The position numbers and the translations under genes are program-made. From contig OZ243938.1 of NCBI GenBank assembly GCA_965214095.1, positions 1,792,001 through 1,856,000 on the forward strand: DNA of 64,000 nt. The letters are read 5' to 3'. The DNA is from Candidatus Poribacteria bacterium (lineage in GTDB: Bacteria > Poribacteria > WGA-4E > WGA-3G). Below the pieces are notes generated by a model. That model was given only the letters and a program-made list of their open reading frames with translations. It ran no database searches and was not told the origin of the DNA. Below are positions 1-9,487 of the stretch, piece after piece; position 1 is the stretch's first letter; each line of letters begins with the position of its first letter.

Positions 1-365
1 GCATGACTATTTTCTGTGAATACTCTAACTTTCACTTCTCTGTTGTGCACATTGATTAATGCTGTTGCAATTGACTTAGAGTCTAAATCATAGAGTGCAG
101 CATCCACAACCGAAGTTGCAGAAGCAAGTTTGTTGACAAGTCGCTTCTCTAAGTTAGGTCCACTGACAGCACCGTTGACTTCGCTGAAATATACTTCGAA
201 CCCACTACTTGGTTCCGGAAGTATTTCTTTTGAACCTATGAAGTGCCTGATAGTAAAACCGATTGCAACTGCAATTACTATAATGAGAAAAAACGGCACG
301 AAACGTGCGTTTCGACTTTTAGGTGCTGCTGGATTGTTTTCTATCGTGTCATTGTCCATTATCAT
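1..365 (-). CDS. Partial (runs off window start) membrane-anchored phospholipase D-like/PLD nuclease domain protein
   Basis: Manual minus-strand translation MIMDNDTIENN...FFLIIVIAVAIGF (TM)...FEVYFSEV...LASATSVVDAALYDLDSKSIATALINVHNREVKVRVFTE, typical of a PLDc_2 N-terminus. Absent from the ORF track because it is truncated. Confidence 0.7.
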   Translation of the reverse strand, partial: MIMDNDTIENNPAAPKSRNARFVPFFLIIVIAVAIGFTIRHFIGSKEILPEPSSGFEVYFSEVNGAVSGPNLEKRLVNKLASATSVVDAALYDLDSKSIATALINVHNREVKVRVFTENSH

Positions 366-1256
366 TTAGACTCCCCACCTCTGTCTTGACTCTTCCAACG
401 ACTCAATTTCCGCATCCTTCTGCTTCCAAGCATAATGTCCTTTCGGTTTTTCGCCTATCCATCGCTCATCAATTGCTTCTGATGCGAGCTGATAACGTGT
501 ATCTGCAGTGATACGAATTTTGTTAGAGGTGTTGACAAGGGAGGCATGCATCAGAAACATACTGAATATGATGACATCACCTGCAGAAAATGCAGTTGTA
601 GCCCAATGCCCTCCGAACTTTTCAACTACCTCAATTGGTTTTTCACTAAAATGCCCTTGTATCAGATCACGATCCACATCCGACTGTCCATAAGTTTGTC
701 GCACTTTATCAAATCTATTTGAACCGATACAGAAAACAATGGGACCCATATCCAGTGAGACATCTCCGAAAGGAGTCCAGCAGGAATATAGTTTTTGCGT
801 GCCACGACCCATAAAGACAATATCATAATGAATTGGTGAACCGGAACCTGGACCCGCTGTGCGTAGCCATTTGAAATCATAAGTCCGCGCCTCACCACCG
901 AGAAAATGCTTGAAAAAGTTCATTATAGGTTGACCTTCAACGACGGCTTTAAATTCGGGGAGTTGTGTCAACTCTATATTCCCCATTGAACCTGTGGACG
1001 TAGGTTCAGGATAATCTGGGTTGAAGATACCATCCATCAAAGGTGTATTGGGGGAGAGCATGTCTTTTTCTGTCAAATTTTCAAGAATCTGGCGGCGCGC
1101 AGCTAATACTGTTTCCTTATCATGTAACCCGCGAATCAACAAATATCCATCTTCTTCCATACGTTCTTGAAGCGCATCTGGATCGTCTAATATATCATTA
1201 CTCTCTCGTAGATCTGTGCTAACCTCAACTTCTTGGTGTAAAAAGGGAAGTATCAT
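366..1256 (-). CDS. PhyH-family Fe(II)/2-oxoglutarate dioxygenase
   Basis: EEDGYLLIRG start, canonical HxD (PIHYD), GDVIIF..FLMHAS, and RITADTRY. Confidence 0.85.
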   Translation of the reverse strand: MILPFLHQEVEVSTDLRESNDILDDPDALQERMEEDGYLLIRGLHDKETVLAARRQILENLTEKDMLSPNTPLMDGIFNPDYPEPTSTGSMGNIELTQLPEFKAVVEGQPIMNFFKHFLGGEARTYDFKWLRTAGPGSGSPIHYDIVFMGRGTQKLYSCWTPFGDVSLDMGPIVFCIGSNRFDKVRQTYGQSDVDRDLIQGHFSEKPIEVVEKFGGHWATTAFSAGDVIIFSMFLMHASLVNTSNKIRITADTRYQLASEAIDERWIGEKPKGHYAWKQKDAEIESLEESRQRWGV

Positions 1257-1374
1257 CTATATTCCTCGATTTGATAGTGTCATGTTATTCATTCATATTC
1301 ATGATAGTACCATTTCTGAATGATTGCGTATCATTCTAATATATTTATCTGTAAAAATCAATGTTTAAAAATAA

Positions 1375-1402
1375 AATGCGGGTATATCAATACACCCGCA
1401 TT
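1375..1402 (-). terminator. Intrinsic terminator downstream of the His-rich gene
   Basis: Stem AATGCGGGT/ACCCGCATT followed by a T-rich run on the minus strand. Confidence 0.55.
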
Positions 1403-1442
1403 AGGTTAGTAAATTGCTGTTACTCAACCTTTGAATACTATG

Positions 1443-2204
1443 CTATGATCTTCTCTTTAACGATGCCCAACGTAACGTTAGAGATTTATATTGAGAAGAG
1501 ATATTTTGACTATTATGTTGATTTTCTGAAGGGTGCAGTACTTCATGTCCATTCAAAAACCTACCATAAGGATAATTGTCTTCCTCATCATTTTGATCAT
1601 TTGAAAACCATTCTGGATGTTGATTATCTATATAGACATGAGAATGTTGACCATTATGGGTGTGCCATCCAAAATCACCATGTTTGTGTTCCCATTCATG
1701 CGTATGACTGACAACACTGACACCGTCAATATATTGTCCGATGTATTGAAGCGTATAGACACCACTCTCAACAGAATGATCCATGGCTTGATCGTCTAAT
1801 CTTCCAAGAATCTCTGATGCTATCTGGGAATCAGAAATTCTGGCATAAAGAACAACGTGCTTATGGCTACTACCATCATGTGTATGAACTTCACCACTGA
1901 CAAAATGAAGGTTTAGCGGACACGTTACCCAATCTTTTTTGGCTTCATTATGTTCGTGATTGTTCCACAATTCTATCTCATTATGGACAACTTCATTTGG
2001 AAGTGAATTGTCAATTGCATGTCGATGCTGCTTACCATCTGATGTATGTTGATGGAAAGGTGTTAAGTACACCTCATTGTTGCCATCATAGGTCTGGTTG
2101 TGGTTATCATGAGCATTGGAATCGATTGATACTATACAGGTAACTGTTAACACCAAAATGCAGGCTGTGAGGTATTTCGCTTTGGCAAAAAGTATGTTTT
2201 TCAT
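1443..2204 (-). CDS. Secreted His-rich protein with C-terminal LTLRWASLKRRS motif
   Basis: Signal peptide-like N-terminus, about 27 His including 9 HxH motifs, C-terminal L-T-x-x-W-A-x-L-K tail. Confidence 0.75.
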   Translation of the reverse strand: MKNILFAKAKYLTACILVLTVTCIVSIDSNAHDNHNQTYDGNNEVYLTPFHQHTSDGKQHRHAIDNSLPNEVVHNEIELWNNHEHNEAKKDWVTCPLNLHFVSGEVHTHDGSSHKHVVLYARISDSQIASEILGRLDDQAMDHSVESGVYTLQYIGQYIDGVSVVSHTHEWEHKHGDFGWHTHNGQHSHVYIDNQHPEWFSNDQNDEEDNYPYGRFLNGHEVLHPSENQHNSQNISSQYKSLTLRWASLKRRS

Positions 2205-2354
2205 TTTAATTCTCCAAATTTCTTAGGCATTATATGTTAGAGAACAGTTAAACTATTTAAAATTCTATTCTCTAAAGACATATTTCATATTTGGTCGTAT
2301 TAAACATACTAATATACTATATAGTTTACATCCTAATATTAATTTATTGCAAAT

Positions 2355-2457
2355 TATAGTAGATTTTGAAATTACTTGAACACTCTGCATCGGCGAGGTT
2401 AGGAAACCTCGCCTACCGTGGGTCGAAAGTGTCAACTTATATTTATAATTCACTATA
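2355..2457. mobile_element. 103-bp MITE-like element with a GTAG-REP hairpin core (near-identical copy at 18237-18339)
   Basis: Imperfect terminal IR TATAGT.../...ACTATA; core GGCGAGGTT-AGGA-AACCTCGCC-TAC at 2392-2416. Confidence 0.8.
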
Positions 2458-2516
2458 AGAAAATAAAGTGACCTTTTTGTTCTATGAAATCAAAATCATA
2501 TCCTCATGTATGTCAG

Positions 2517-3887
2517 TTAGAAAAACGTTAAATAAGGTTTTTCCTCAATCTCTCGTAATAACAATAGTGCAAGTTCACGGGCATGATAATCACCCCACAT
2601 GGATGCTTCTCCACAGGGAATCTTCCTGCCTTCTGGAACGTAATCCCATCCATTCGGACGATGGTATACTGAGTGTAGCAGTAATCCTTGGTGCGTATCG
2701 GAAGTGGAGAGATACGGCTCAGCAAACAGTGTATTGACAACCGTCAATCCTGCTTGATAATATGTGTTACCTGCCTCTGTATTGCCATGCTTCTTATGAT
2801 AATTTCCAAGTCGGATAAGTCCTTGTGCTGCAATTGCAGCGGCAGAACTATCCACCGGTTCATAATCGTTATATGGATCAGCAGGGGCAGCCAGATAATC
2901 GCCAAGTTCTGCTAAACCGGGGGCACCTGTATCCCAATAAGGTATGCCATCTTCTGCCGTGTTTTCAATATAGAAATCAGCAGTTGCTTCTGCTGCTTTT
3001 CGCATGTGTGCTGTTGCTTCAGCATAACCACCATAAGGTTCAAGATCTGTTTCTGACAGTGTATCAAAAAACTCAAGTTGTTCTGCATAACCTGTGATAA
3101 TCCATGCCAACCCTCGCGTCCAAGTTGTAAAAGGTGAGTAGCCTTGTTGCGTACTTGGACAACGGAAGTTTCCATCATTCGTATTGAAGATTGACTCATG
3201 CACAACACGTCCCCGTATGTCATAGGCATCGCGACTTTCACCATAATAGACATTATACTTTGCTGTTGTCTGTGAATGCTGAACGAGCCTATCCAACAGA
3301 TTGAAAGCGACATCACCTTCACCCATTAGCACAGCACCGAGTGTGTGACCGACTGCTAAAACACGCAGTGAACGGATGGTATCAGAGAAAAGTGAATGTG
3401 GTCCATTGAAAGATGCAATATATCCTGTTCCATCTTTTATTTCTGTCCAACGACTGGCTTGCACGGCTGCGGATGCTTTCAATGCGATTTCATAGAAATG
3501 CATTTCATTGTCGTCCCACGGAATAACCTTTTCACGCATCAATCTGCGAAGGTTGCCGTAAGTGGAGACATTGTTAAACCCGTGGTCATGCACACCGATA
3601 TGCGTGACATGTGGTGCCATCTTCTCAATCGTGTTCTTTCTGCCGATGTCAAGGAATTGCTCATCACCGGTAGCATCAAATTGTAGAATAGCCGAACCGA
3701 ACTGGAAACCTTGTGTCCACTCAGTCCATCCCCGAGTGGTATATTGTCCAGCAACTGTAAAGACAGGTGTGCCATTTTCTGGTTGCCAAGTGTTTTCAAT
3801 AGCCAGTATTTTTTGACCTGAGAGTTCAAAAAGGCTTTCTATCTGTGGTTTTAAGTCCTGAATTTGTAATGAATGATTTATCTGCAT
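2517..3887 (-). CDS. GH88-like unsaturated glucuronyl hydrolase
   Basis: GWTEWTQGF, HDHGF, TTWTRGLAW, IPYWD, DSSAAAIAA, WGDY motifs. Confidence 0.8.
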   Translation of the reverse strand: MQINHSLQIQDLKPQIESLFELSGQKILAIENTWQPENGTPVFTVAGQYTTRGWTEWTQGFQFGSAILQFDATGDEQFLDIGRKNTIEKMAPHVTHIGVHDHGFNNVSTYGNLRRLMREKVIPWDDNEMHFYEIALKASAAVQASRWTEIKDGTGYIASFNGPHSLFSDTIRSLRVLAVGHTLGAVLMGEGDVAFNLLDRLVQHSQTTAKYNVYYGESRDAYDIRGRVVHESIFNTNDGNFRCPSTQQGYSPFTTWTRGLAWIITGYAEQLEFFDTLSETDLEPYGGYAEATAHMRKAAEATADFYIENTAEDGIPYWDTGAPGLAELGDYLAAPADPYNDYEPVDSSAAAIAAQGLIRLGNYHKKHGNTEAGNTYYQAGLTVVNTLFAEPYLSTSDTHQGLLLHSVYHRPNGWDYVPEGRKIPCGEASMWGDYHARELALLLLREIEEKPYLTFF

Positions 3888-3936
3888 GTGTCCTCGATTC
3901 TGTGTATAAAGAGTTTATTATCGTAATAATAGCGTG

Positions 3937-4425
3937 TCAAGAGCTCCCATAACGTTCACATATAACTTCAATGAGATTCGTTGTGGATTTGCCCGGTACG
4001 TTGAGTCCAACGACAACTTTGCCTCCATTTTTCTCAACGATATCTCTTTCAATGAGTTGTTCCAACTTATAGTCGCCACCTTTGACATGGATATTCGGTT
4101 TGAGTTCTGCAAGTAATTCAACCGGTGTTAATTCTGAGAAGATGACGACAAAATCAACGCATCCTAAGCCTGCAAGCATTTCTGCGCGTTCAACATCAGG
4201 AATTAGAGGACGGTTTTCACCTTTTAGTTCTCTGACAGAACTATCACTGTTGACTGCAACTACAAGCACGTCCCCTTGTTGACGTGCGGCTTGTAGATAG
4301 CGTAAATGTCCTAAATGCAGAACATCAAAGCAACCGTTCGTGGTGACGACAACTTTACCGTCTGCTCTGAGTTGTTGGAGTATTGCTGCAAGTTCGTTGC
4401 GTTGATATATCTTGTTTGGTGTCAT
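3937..4425 (-). CDS. rfaE2: D-glycero-beta-D-manno-heptose 1-phosphate adenylyltransferase (RfaE domain II)
   Basis: TNGCFDVLHLGH, VNSDSSV..LKGENRP, HVKGGDY, GKSTT. Confidence 0.9.
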   Translation of the reverse strand: MTPNKIYQRNELAAILQQLRADGKVVVTTNGCFDVLHLGHLRYLQAARQQGDVLVVAVNSDSSVRELKGENRPLIPDVERAEMLAGLGCVDFVVIFSELTPVELLAELKPNIHVKGGDYKLEQLIERDIVEKNGGKVVVGLNVPGKSTTNLIEVICERYGSS

Positions 4426-4680
4426 AATTTTAAAAGTTTATCACGCTTTGTATCGTTTGGCAACTTGGTTTTTGTTTATACATTATTGCACAATCTCACT
4501 GCATTTGCTATAATAATTGGTAATGCAAGAGACAATAATCACATTGAGAAAATAATACCATTTCTATAAATGTTTATCCCATTAACATTTGTTAAGAATG
4601 TCTTGAAGGACTGCACAAACTGGCAGTTTATGCTACAAGAATGCGGCGTTTTCTATTAGAAATGGTATAAGGAGAAATAG

Positions 4681-5841
4681 ATGGATGACAAAAGAGGTAC
4701 AGCACATCCCTCCCTGTCCATAAGCACGTTGGGTGCGTCTGGACATGGTAAAACAACGTTGACAGCTGCTATTGCGAGAGTCGTTGCGAAAATCGGTTCT
4801 ATTCTTTCTAAAGTTGACACGCCATTTGATCAACTGATACCCAATCACCATCCTATACGAGAAGGGGTAAGCATTACCTATCGTTCAATAGATTACGAAA
4901 CCAGTGGAAAACACTATACACAGATTGACTGCGAAACACACTTGGATATTGTTAAGATGTTAGTCACTCGTTCATTTGCCGTTCAGGGGGCAATTTGGGT
5001 GGTTGATGCTGTTGATGGTGTTACAGAGGAATCCGCAGAACATATACACATTGCAAATAGATTAAATATACCTACGGTTGTCTCCTTTCTCAATACACGG
5101 AATTCTGCAATTGATGATGAACTTATAGATATTTGCAAACAAGAGATGCGCGAATTACTTACCGAAAATGGATGGGATGAAGTGAACAATCCTATCATCG
5201 TTGGTGATGCAAATAAGGCGTTAAAATACAAAGGTGATCGGATAGACTCTCAGCAATGGAAACCGATTGTTGATTTGATATTTGCCATGAATCGGTGTAT
5301 GCCAAAACCCATCAATATGGATAGCCTTCCCCCAATTATGCCGATCTATGAGATTGTTGAGGAGCAGAAAGAACGCGTAACTATAAAGGGTGAACTAGTT
5401 CAAGGACACCTTGCTGTCGGACATGCTGTAGATATTGTCGGTAAAGGTGATAGAATCAAGACAAAGTGTCTTAGCATAAGAGAGGATGAAGTTTGTGTTG
5501 AATCAGAACCTGATTGGTTGTCTGTTGGACAGGTGCTGTGTCATCCGAAAACAATAAAAGCACATTCTGATTTTACTGCCCTCGTGTATCTTCTGACACA
5601 AGAAGAAAGCGGTACGCATATCCCGCTGATTGAAAATGACAAACCTGAGATACGTCTATGGGGTGTTGATATATCAGCGCGCCTACATCTTCCTACAGAT
5701 ATATCAATCGTCTCTCCAGGTGAGAATGCTCATGTTTCGTTTACGCTTGAACTACCTCTTGCAATGGAGATAGGGACGACTTTTGAAATAAAGAAGATGG
5801 GATCGCGGATAGGACTCGGTGTTGTTACGTCGGTAGATTAG
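4681..5841 (+). CDS. Divergent EF-Tu-like protein with degenerate GTPase motifs
   Basis: GHGKTTLTAAI, YET..KHY..IDC, GAIWVVDAVDG, PIIVGDA.KAL, and domain III VYLLTQEESG.H.P...V.PGEN...L..PLAMEIG..F.I.....IG.GVV are colinear with EF-Tu. Confidence 0.8.
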   Translation: MDDKRGTAHPSLSISTLGASGHGKTTLTAAIARVVAKIGSILSKVDTPFDQLIPNHHPIREGVSITYRSIDYETSGKHYTQIDCETHLDIVKMLVTRSFAVQGAIWVVDAVDGVTEESAEHIHIANRLNIPTVVSFLNTRNSAIDDELIDICKQEMRELLTENGWDEVNNPIIVGDANKALKYKGDRIDSQQWKPIVDLIFAMNRCMPKPINMDSLPPIMPIYEIVEEQKERVTIKGELVQGHLAVGHAVDIVGKGDRIKTKCLSIREDEVCVESEPDWLSVGQVLCHPKTIKAHSDFTALVYLLTQEESGTHIPLIENDKPEIRLWGVDISARLHLPTDISIVSPGENAHVSFTLELPLAMEIGTTFEIKKMGSRIGLGVVTSVD

Positions 5842-5845
5842 ATTT

Positions 5846-6553
5846 CTACTGTGCAGCGGTGATGGTATCAGATAGAATTAGGTCGCCTGTGTACAGTGCG
5901 CGTCCAATAATCGCACCATAAGCATCAATGCTCTTTAGTGCTTCAATGTCTGATAGTGATGTAACACCACCCGATGCAATCACATCGGCAGAAACAGCGT
6001 TGATTATATCCGCAGTTGCGTTGACATTAGGTCCCTTGAGCATGCCATCGCTTTTGATGTCTGTATAAATGATAGTTTGTACTTCTGTCATCTCCATAGC
6101 AAATTCTACTGCAGATTTCTGAGAAACTTCTAACCATCCGTGCGTAGCGACCATACCGTCCTTTGCGTCAATGCCAACTGCAATTCGTTCACCATGCTTT
6201 TCACAAGCCTGTTTCACTAAATTCGGTTGTTTGAGTGCAGCAGTGCCTAATATTGCCCGATGCACACCTAATGCTAACACGGTATCTATATGTTCCATAC
6301 TACGGATGCCACCACCAAGTTGAGTTGGAATATCAAGGGTATCAACGATTTCACGGACAATATGAAGGTTTGCTGATTCGCCTTGAAATGCCCCATCTAA
6401 ATCAACAAGATGTAGGTATTCTGCCCCCTCTGCTTGCCACTGTTTTGCCATCTCAACTGGAGAATCAGAGAATACAGTTTCCTGTTCTGCTATCCCCTGG
6501 ATGAGATTTACACATTTTCCACCACGTAGATCTATAGCTGGTAATATCTGCAA
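5846..6553 (-). CDS. hisA: Phosphoribosylformimino-5-aminoimidazole carboxamide ribotide isomerase
   Basis: ILPAIDLRGGKCV, LHLVDLDGA, QLGGGIRS, IYTDI..DGML.GPN, ASGGV. Confidence 0.95.
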   Translation of the reverse strand: MQILPAIDLRGGKCVNLIQGIAEQETVFSDSPVEMAKQWQAEGAEYLHLVDLDGAFQGESANLHIVREIVDTLDIPTQLGGGIRSMEHIDTVLALGVHRAILGTAALKQPNLVKQACEKHGERIAVGIDAKDGMVATHGWLEVSQKSAVEFAMEMTEVQTIIYTDIKSDGMLKGPNVNATADIINAVSADVIASGGVTSLSDIEALKSIDAYGAIIGRALYTGDLILSDTITAAQ

Positions 6554-6568
6554 TGTTCTTCCTTTCTG

Positions 6569-7468
6569 TTACTCTTCACGGAATATTCCGAGTAATTTCA
6601 ATTGTGCTATTGAGATAATAGCAATGATGATAAACAACACCCATCCGATTGTGGCAGCATATCCAAGACGCATAAATTGAAATCCGTTCTTATAGAGATA
6701 CATCACGATAGTTGTGCCGGCATCAGCAGGTTCACCGCCATTTGTCAATATGAATGGCAGATCAAAGAGCTGAAATGAACCGATCATTGATACGACGACA
6801 ACGAAAGCAATTACTGGTCGTAAAGAGGGTAGTGTGATATGTATAAAGGACTGCCACCAATTTGCGCCATCAACTGCTGCGGCTTCATACAATTCTTGTC
6901 GAATACCTTGTAGACCTGCCAAAAAGAAAATCATGTTAAAACCTGCCCACTGCCACACACCTGTTAGTATGACAGCAAGCATCACATATCTTGGGTTGCT
7001 AAGCCAACCGATTTCTTTGCCAAACAACAGGAATTCATTGTTAATCAATCCAGCGCGTTGATCGTATATTAGATTGAATATGATTGCGACAAAAACTCCT
7101 GCGACAAGTACGGGTGTAAAGAATGCAAGTCGTAAGAAGTTCTTTCCCTTCACGAACTTTGCATTGAGAAGTATTGCAAGGAACAGAGCAATTGGTAATT
7201 GTAATAGTAATGTTCCAAGTGCGAAATAGGTTGTATTCAGCAGGGATTTCCAGAAGATAGGATCTTGAAATAGATCTGTAAAGTTTTCAAACCCAACGAA
7301 TATTCTACTTTTGAATCCACGCATCTCATAGAATCCCATGACGAGAGATGAGACGAGCGGATACACCATAAAAATAGCAAATAAGAGAAAAAACGGTGCT
7401 ATAAATAGATACGGTGCGAATTTCTGTTGTTGATTCCAAAAGGTATATCTATCCCGTTTAGTTTTCAT
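6569..7468 (-). CDS. Carbohydrate ABC transporter permease
   Basis: EAA motif (ELYEAAAVDGA), multiple TM helices, GYAATIG. Confidence 0.9.
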   Translation of the reverse strand: MKTKRDRYTFWNQQQKFAPYLFIAPFFLLFAIFMVYPLVSSLVMGFYEMRGFKSRIFVGFENFTDLFQDPIFWKSLLNTTYFALGTLLLQLPIALFLAILLNAKFVKGKNFLRLAFFTPVLVAGVFVAIIFNLIYDQRAGLINNEFLLFGKEIGWLSNPRYVMLAVILTGVWQWAGFNMIFFLAGLQGIRQELYEAAAVDGANWWQSFIHITLPSLRPVIAFVVVVSMIGSFQLFDLPFILTNGGEPADAGTTIVMYLYKNGFQFMRLGYAATIGWVLFIIIAIISIAQLKLLGIFREE

Positions 7469-8828
7469 TTTTTGCTACTATCCTCCACCGTTCTTGATCT
7501 TTTGCTATAATTGATCGCACTTTTTCTGCAAGTTCTGTCAACGTCTGCCGTGGTGTCTGCTTTTGTGTGACAGCAGCAAAGATTGCATCGTTTAGTAAAT
7601 CTGCTGCTTCTGACCAATATGGATTTTGATAACGTGGTGGCAATTCAGGTGCGAGTTCTATGAATAACTCCCCAATCGGTTGTCCACCTAAATATTCAAG
7701 CGGTTGTTTTAAGGCTTCGGCATCCCATGCTGCTTTGAGTGGAGGAATAATCAAGGTCGTTTCATATCGGTTTATCAAACTTGATCTATCAAAGTAGGTG
7801 AATTTCAGTAGTTCCCATGCCAGATCGGGATTCTCACACTCTTTTGTAATGCCTATCATTGTGCCGCCGCGTGTCGTCGTGCGTCTGCCACCGATTTCCC
7901 AAGCAGGCATACTTATTGCTTTCCATTTGCCAGACATCTGCGGCACTTGACTTTGCAGAAGTCCTACATACCAATCTGGGGCAAGTATAGACAGGATTTT
8001 GCCGTCTTGCATTGCAGCATAGTTGCTGGGATCCCCGTGCCATGTGCCGTAGACGGGTGTTGCGATGTTATGTTCATTAAATAGGGATGTGAAGAATTCC
8101 AGTGTTTGAATTGCGATTTCACTGTCAATGATGACATCGCCTTTAGCATCAAAAAAGCCACCGCCTCTTTGTAGCAAAAGGTTCATATAGTCGCTTTCAG
8201 TTTTGTTGTCAAGGACGATGGCATATTGGTCAATTTCTCCATCTCCATCAAGATCGCGCGTTGCTTTTTTTGCCGCAATGATGAAGTCATCCCAAGTTTC
8301 AATTTCAGTCATCTCAACATCGGCAGCTTTAAACAGGTCATCTCTGTATAGGAGGACAACTGGATGCAAGTCGTGTGGGATTCCGAATATTTTATCTCCA
8401 TAAGACCAAGGCGTGAAGCGGCTGATGACTAACTGGTCTAACCATCCTTCGCCTTCTAAACGGGGACGTAAATCAACGAAACCGACTTCATCAATATCTC
8501 CCTTTAAGAAACGTCCGATTGAATTGATTTCGACTTCAACTATATCGGGTGCCCCGAAGTCTGAGAGTAATGCGGTTAGGAGTTTGTCGTGCATCGTTCC
8601 ACCGAAATTGATAAGTTGTACATTTACATCAGGATGTGAGGTATTATAGATTGGCAACCGTGCTTGATATTCTTCGTAATGTGTCGGCGCAAATACCCAA
8701 AATTCTAATTCTTTTTCCGTTTCATCTACTGGTGCGAATATGAAAAGGCATGAGATTAGGAAAAGAATTAACATGACCATCGGACCTTTGCCGAGTGGAA
8801 AATTTTCTGGATCATAAGGGAAACGCAT
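7458..8828 (-). CDS. Sugar ABC transporter substrate-binding protein
   Basis: N-terminal anchor, APDI, YGDKIFGIP, LLYRDDLF, GGT..GIT; overlaps the permease gene. Confidence 0.85.
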   Translation of the reverse strand: MRFPYDPENFPLGKGPMVMLILFLISCLFIFAPVDETEKELEFWVFAPTHYEEYQARLPIYNTSHPDVNVQLINFGGTMHDKLLTALLSDFGAPDIVEVEINSIGRFLKGDIDEVGFVDLRPRLEGEGWLDQLVISRFTPWSYGDKIFGIPHDLHPVVLLYRDDLFKAADVEMTEIETWDDFIIAAKKATRDLDGDGEIDQYAIVLDNKTESDYMNLLLQRGGGFFDAKGDVIIDSEIAIQTLEFFTSLFNEHNIATPVYGTWHGDPSNYAAMQDGKILSILAPDWYVGLLQSQVPQMSGKWKAISMPAWEIGGRRTTTRGGTMIGITKECENPDLAWELLKFTYFDRSSLINRYETTLIIPPLKAAWDAEALKQPLEYLGGQPIGELFIELAPELPPRYQNPYWSEAADLLNDAIFAAVTQKQTPRQTLTELAEKVRSIIAKDQERWRIVAKNEN

Positions 8829-8841
8829 AAAGTGCCTTTTT

Positions 8842-8958
8842 TGAAGTAATTACACATTTTGGATATGTAGGAGGGAACTCCGATTCCTGATCACTACTGA
8901 GTTAAATCGCGATTCGGGATCGCTCCTACAGTGACATGAATAATTGTTTTATACTTCA
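8842..8958. repeat. REPIN-like element: inverted pair of GTAG REPs within a short terminal IR
   Basis: TGTAGGAG at 8866 and CTCCTACA at 8923-8930; flanks TGAAGTA/TACTTCA. Confidence 0.6.
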
Positions 8959-9055
8959 CTATAATTGCGCTGTTAAATTCGTGCCATCTGCGATTCTGAT
9001 TATCGGATTTAGAAACCGCGCCAACAATCGCTACCTGCTTCTTATCATTTTTGAC

Positions 9056-9084
9056 TTGACAATTCGGTATATTACCATTAAAAT
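9056..9084 (+). promoter_or_regulatory. sigma70 promoter
   Basis: TTGACA-17 nt-TAAAAT upstream of the zinc-ribbon/CDF genes. Confidence 0.65.
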
Positions 9085-9134
9085 TTATCAAATCATAGTT
9101 ATTTTATCAACAAAGAAATGGAGGATGATGCTAT

Positions 9135-9452
9135 ATGCCCACGTATGATTATAAATGTCTTGAATGTGAAGACCAGTTTGAGAAGTTTCAAGGCATTACA
9201 GCACCGCCGCTTGAAGAATGTCCTAAGTGCAATGGTAAGGTAAAACGGCTTATCGGTGCAGGTGCAGGTCTGATATTCAAAGGTTCAGGGTTCTACATCA
9301 CAGATTATCGCAGTGAAGGATATAAAGAATCGGAAAAGAAAGATAAGAAAACAAAGTCAGAGAAAAGCGATAAATCAGAAAAGAAATCCGATACGAAAAG
9401 CGAATCAAAAAGTAAGTCAAGTGATTCTGGTAAGTCAGTAGAAAAAACTTAA
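9135..9452 (+). CDS. FmdB-family zinc-ribbon protein
   Basis: MPTYDYKCLEC..CPKC..FKGSGFYITDY with Lys/Ser-rich tail. Confidence 0.9.
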   Translation: MPTYDYKCLECEDQFEKFQGITAPPLEECPKCNGKVKRLIGAGAGLIFKGSGFYITDYRSEGYKESEKKDKKTKSEKSDKSEKKSDTKSESKSKSSDSGKSVEKT

Positions 9453-9487
9453 AGTCAAACAAGCTGCAATCAACATAGGGAAACACA

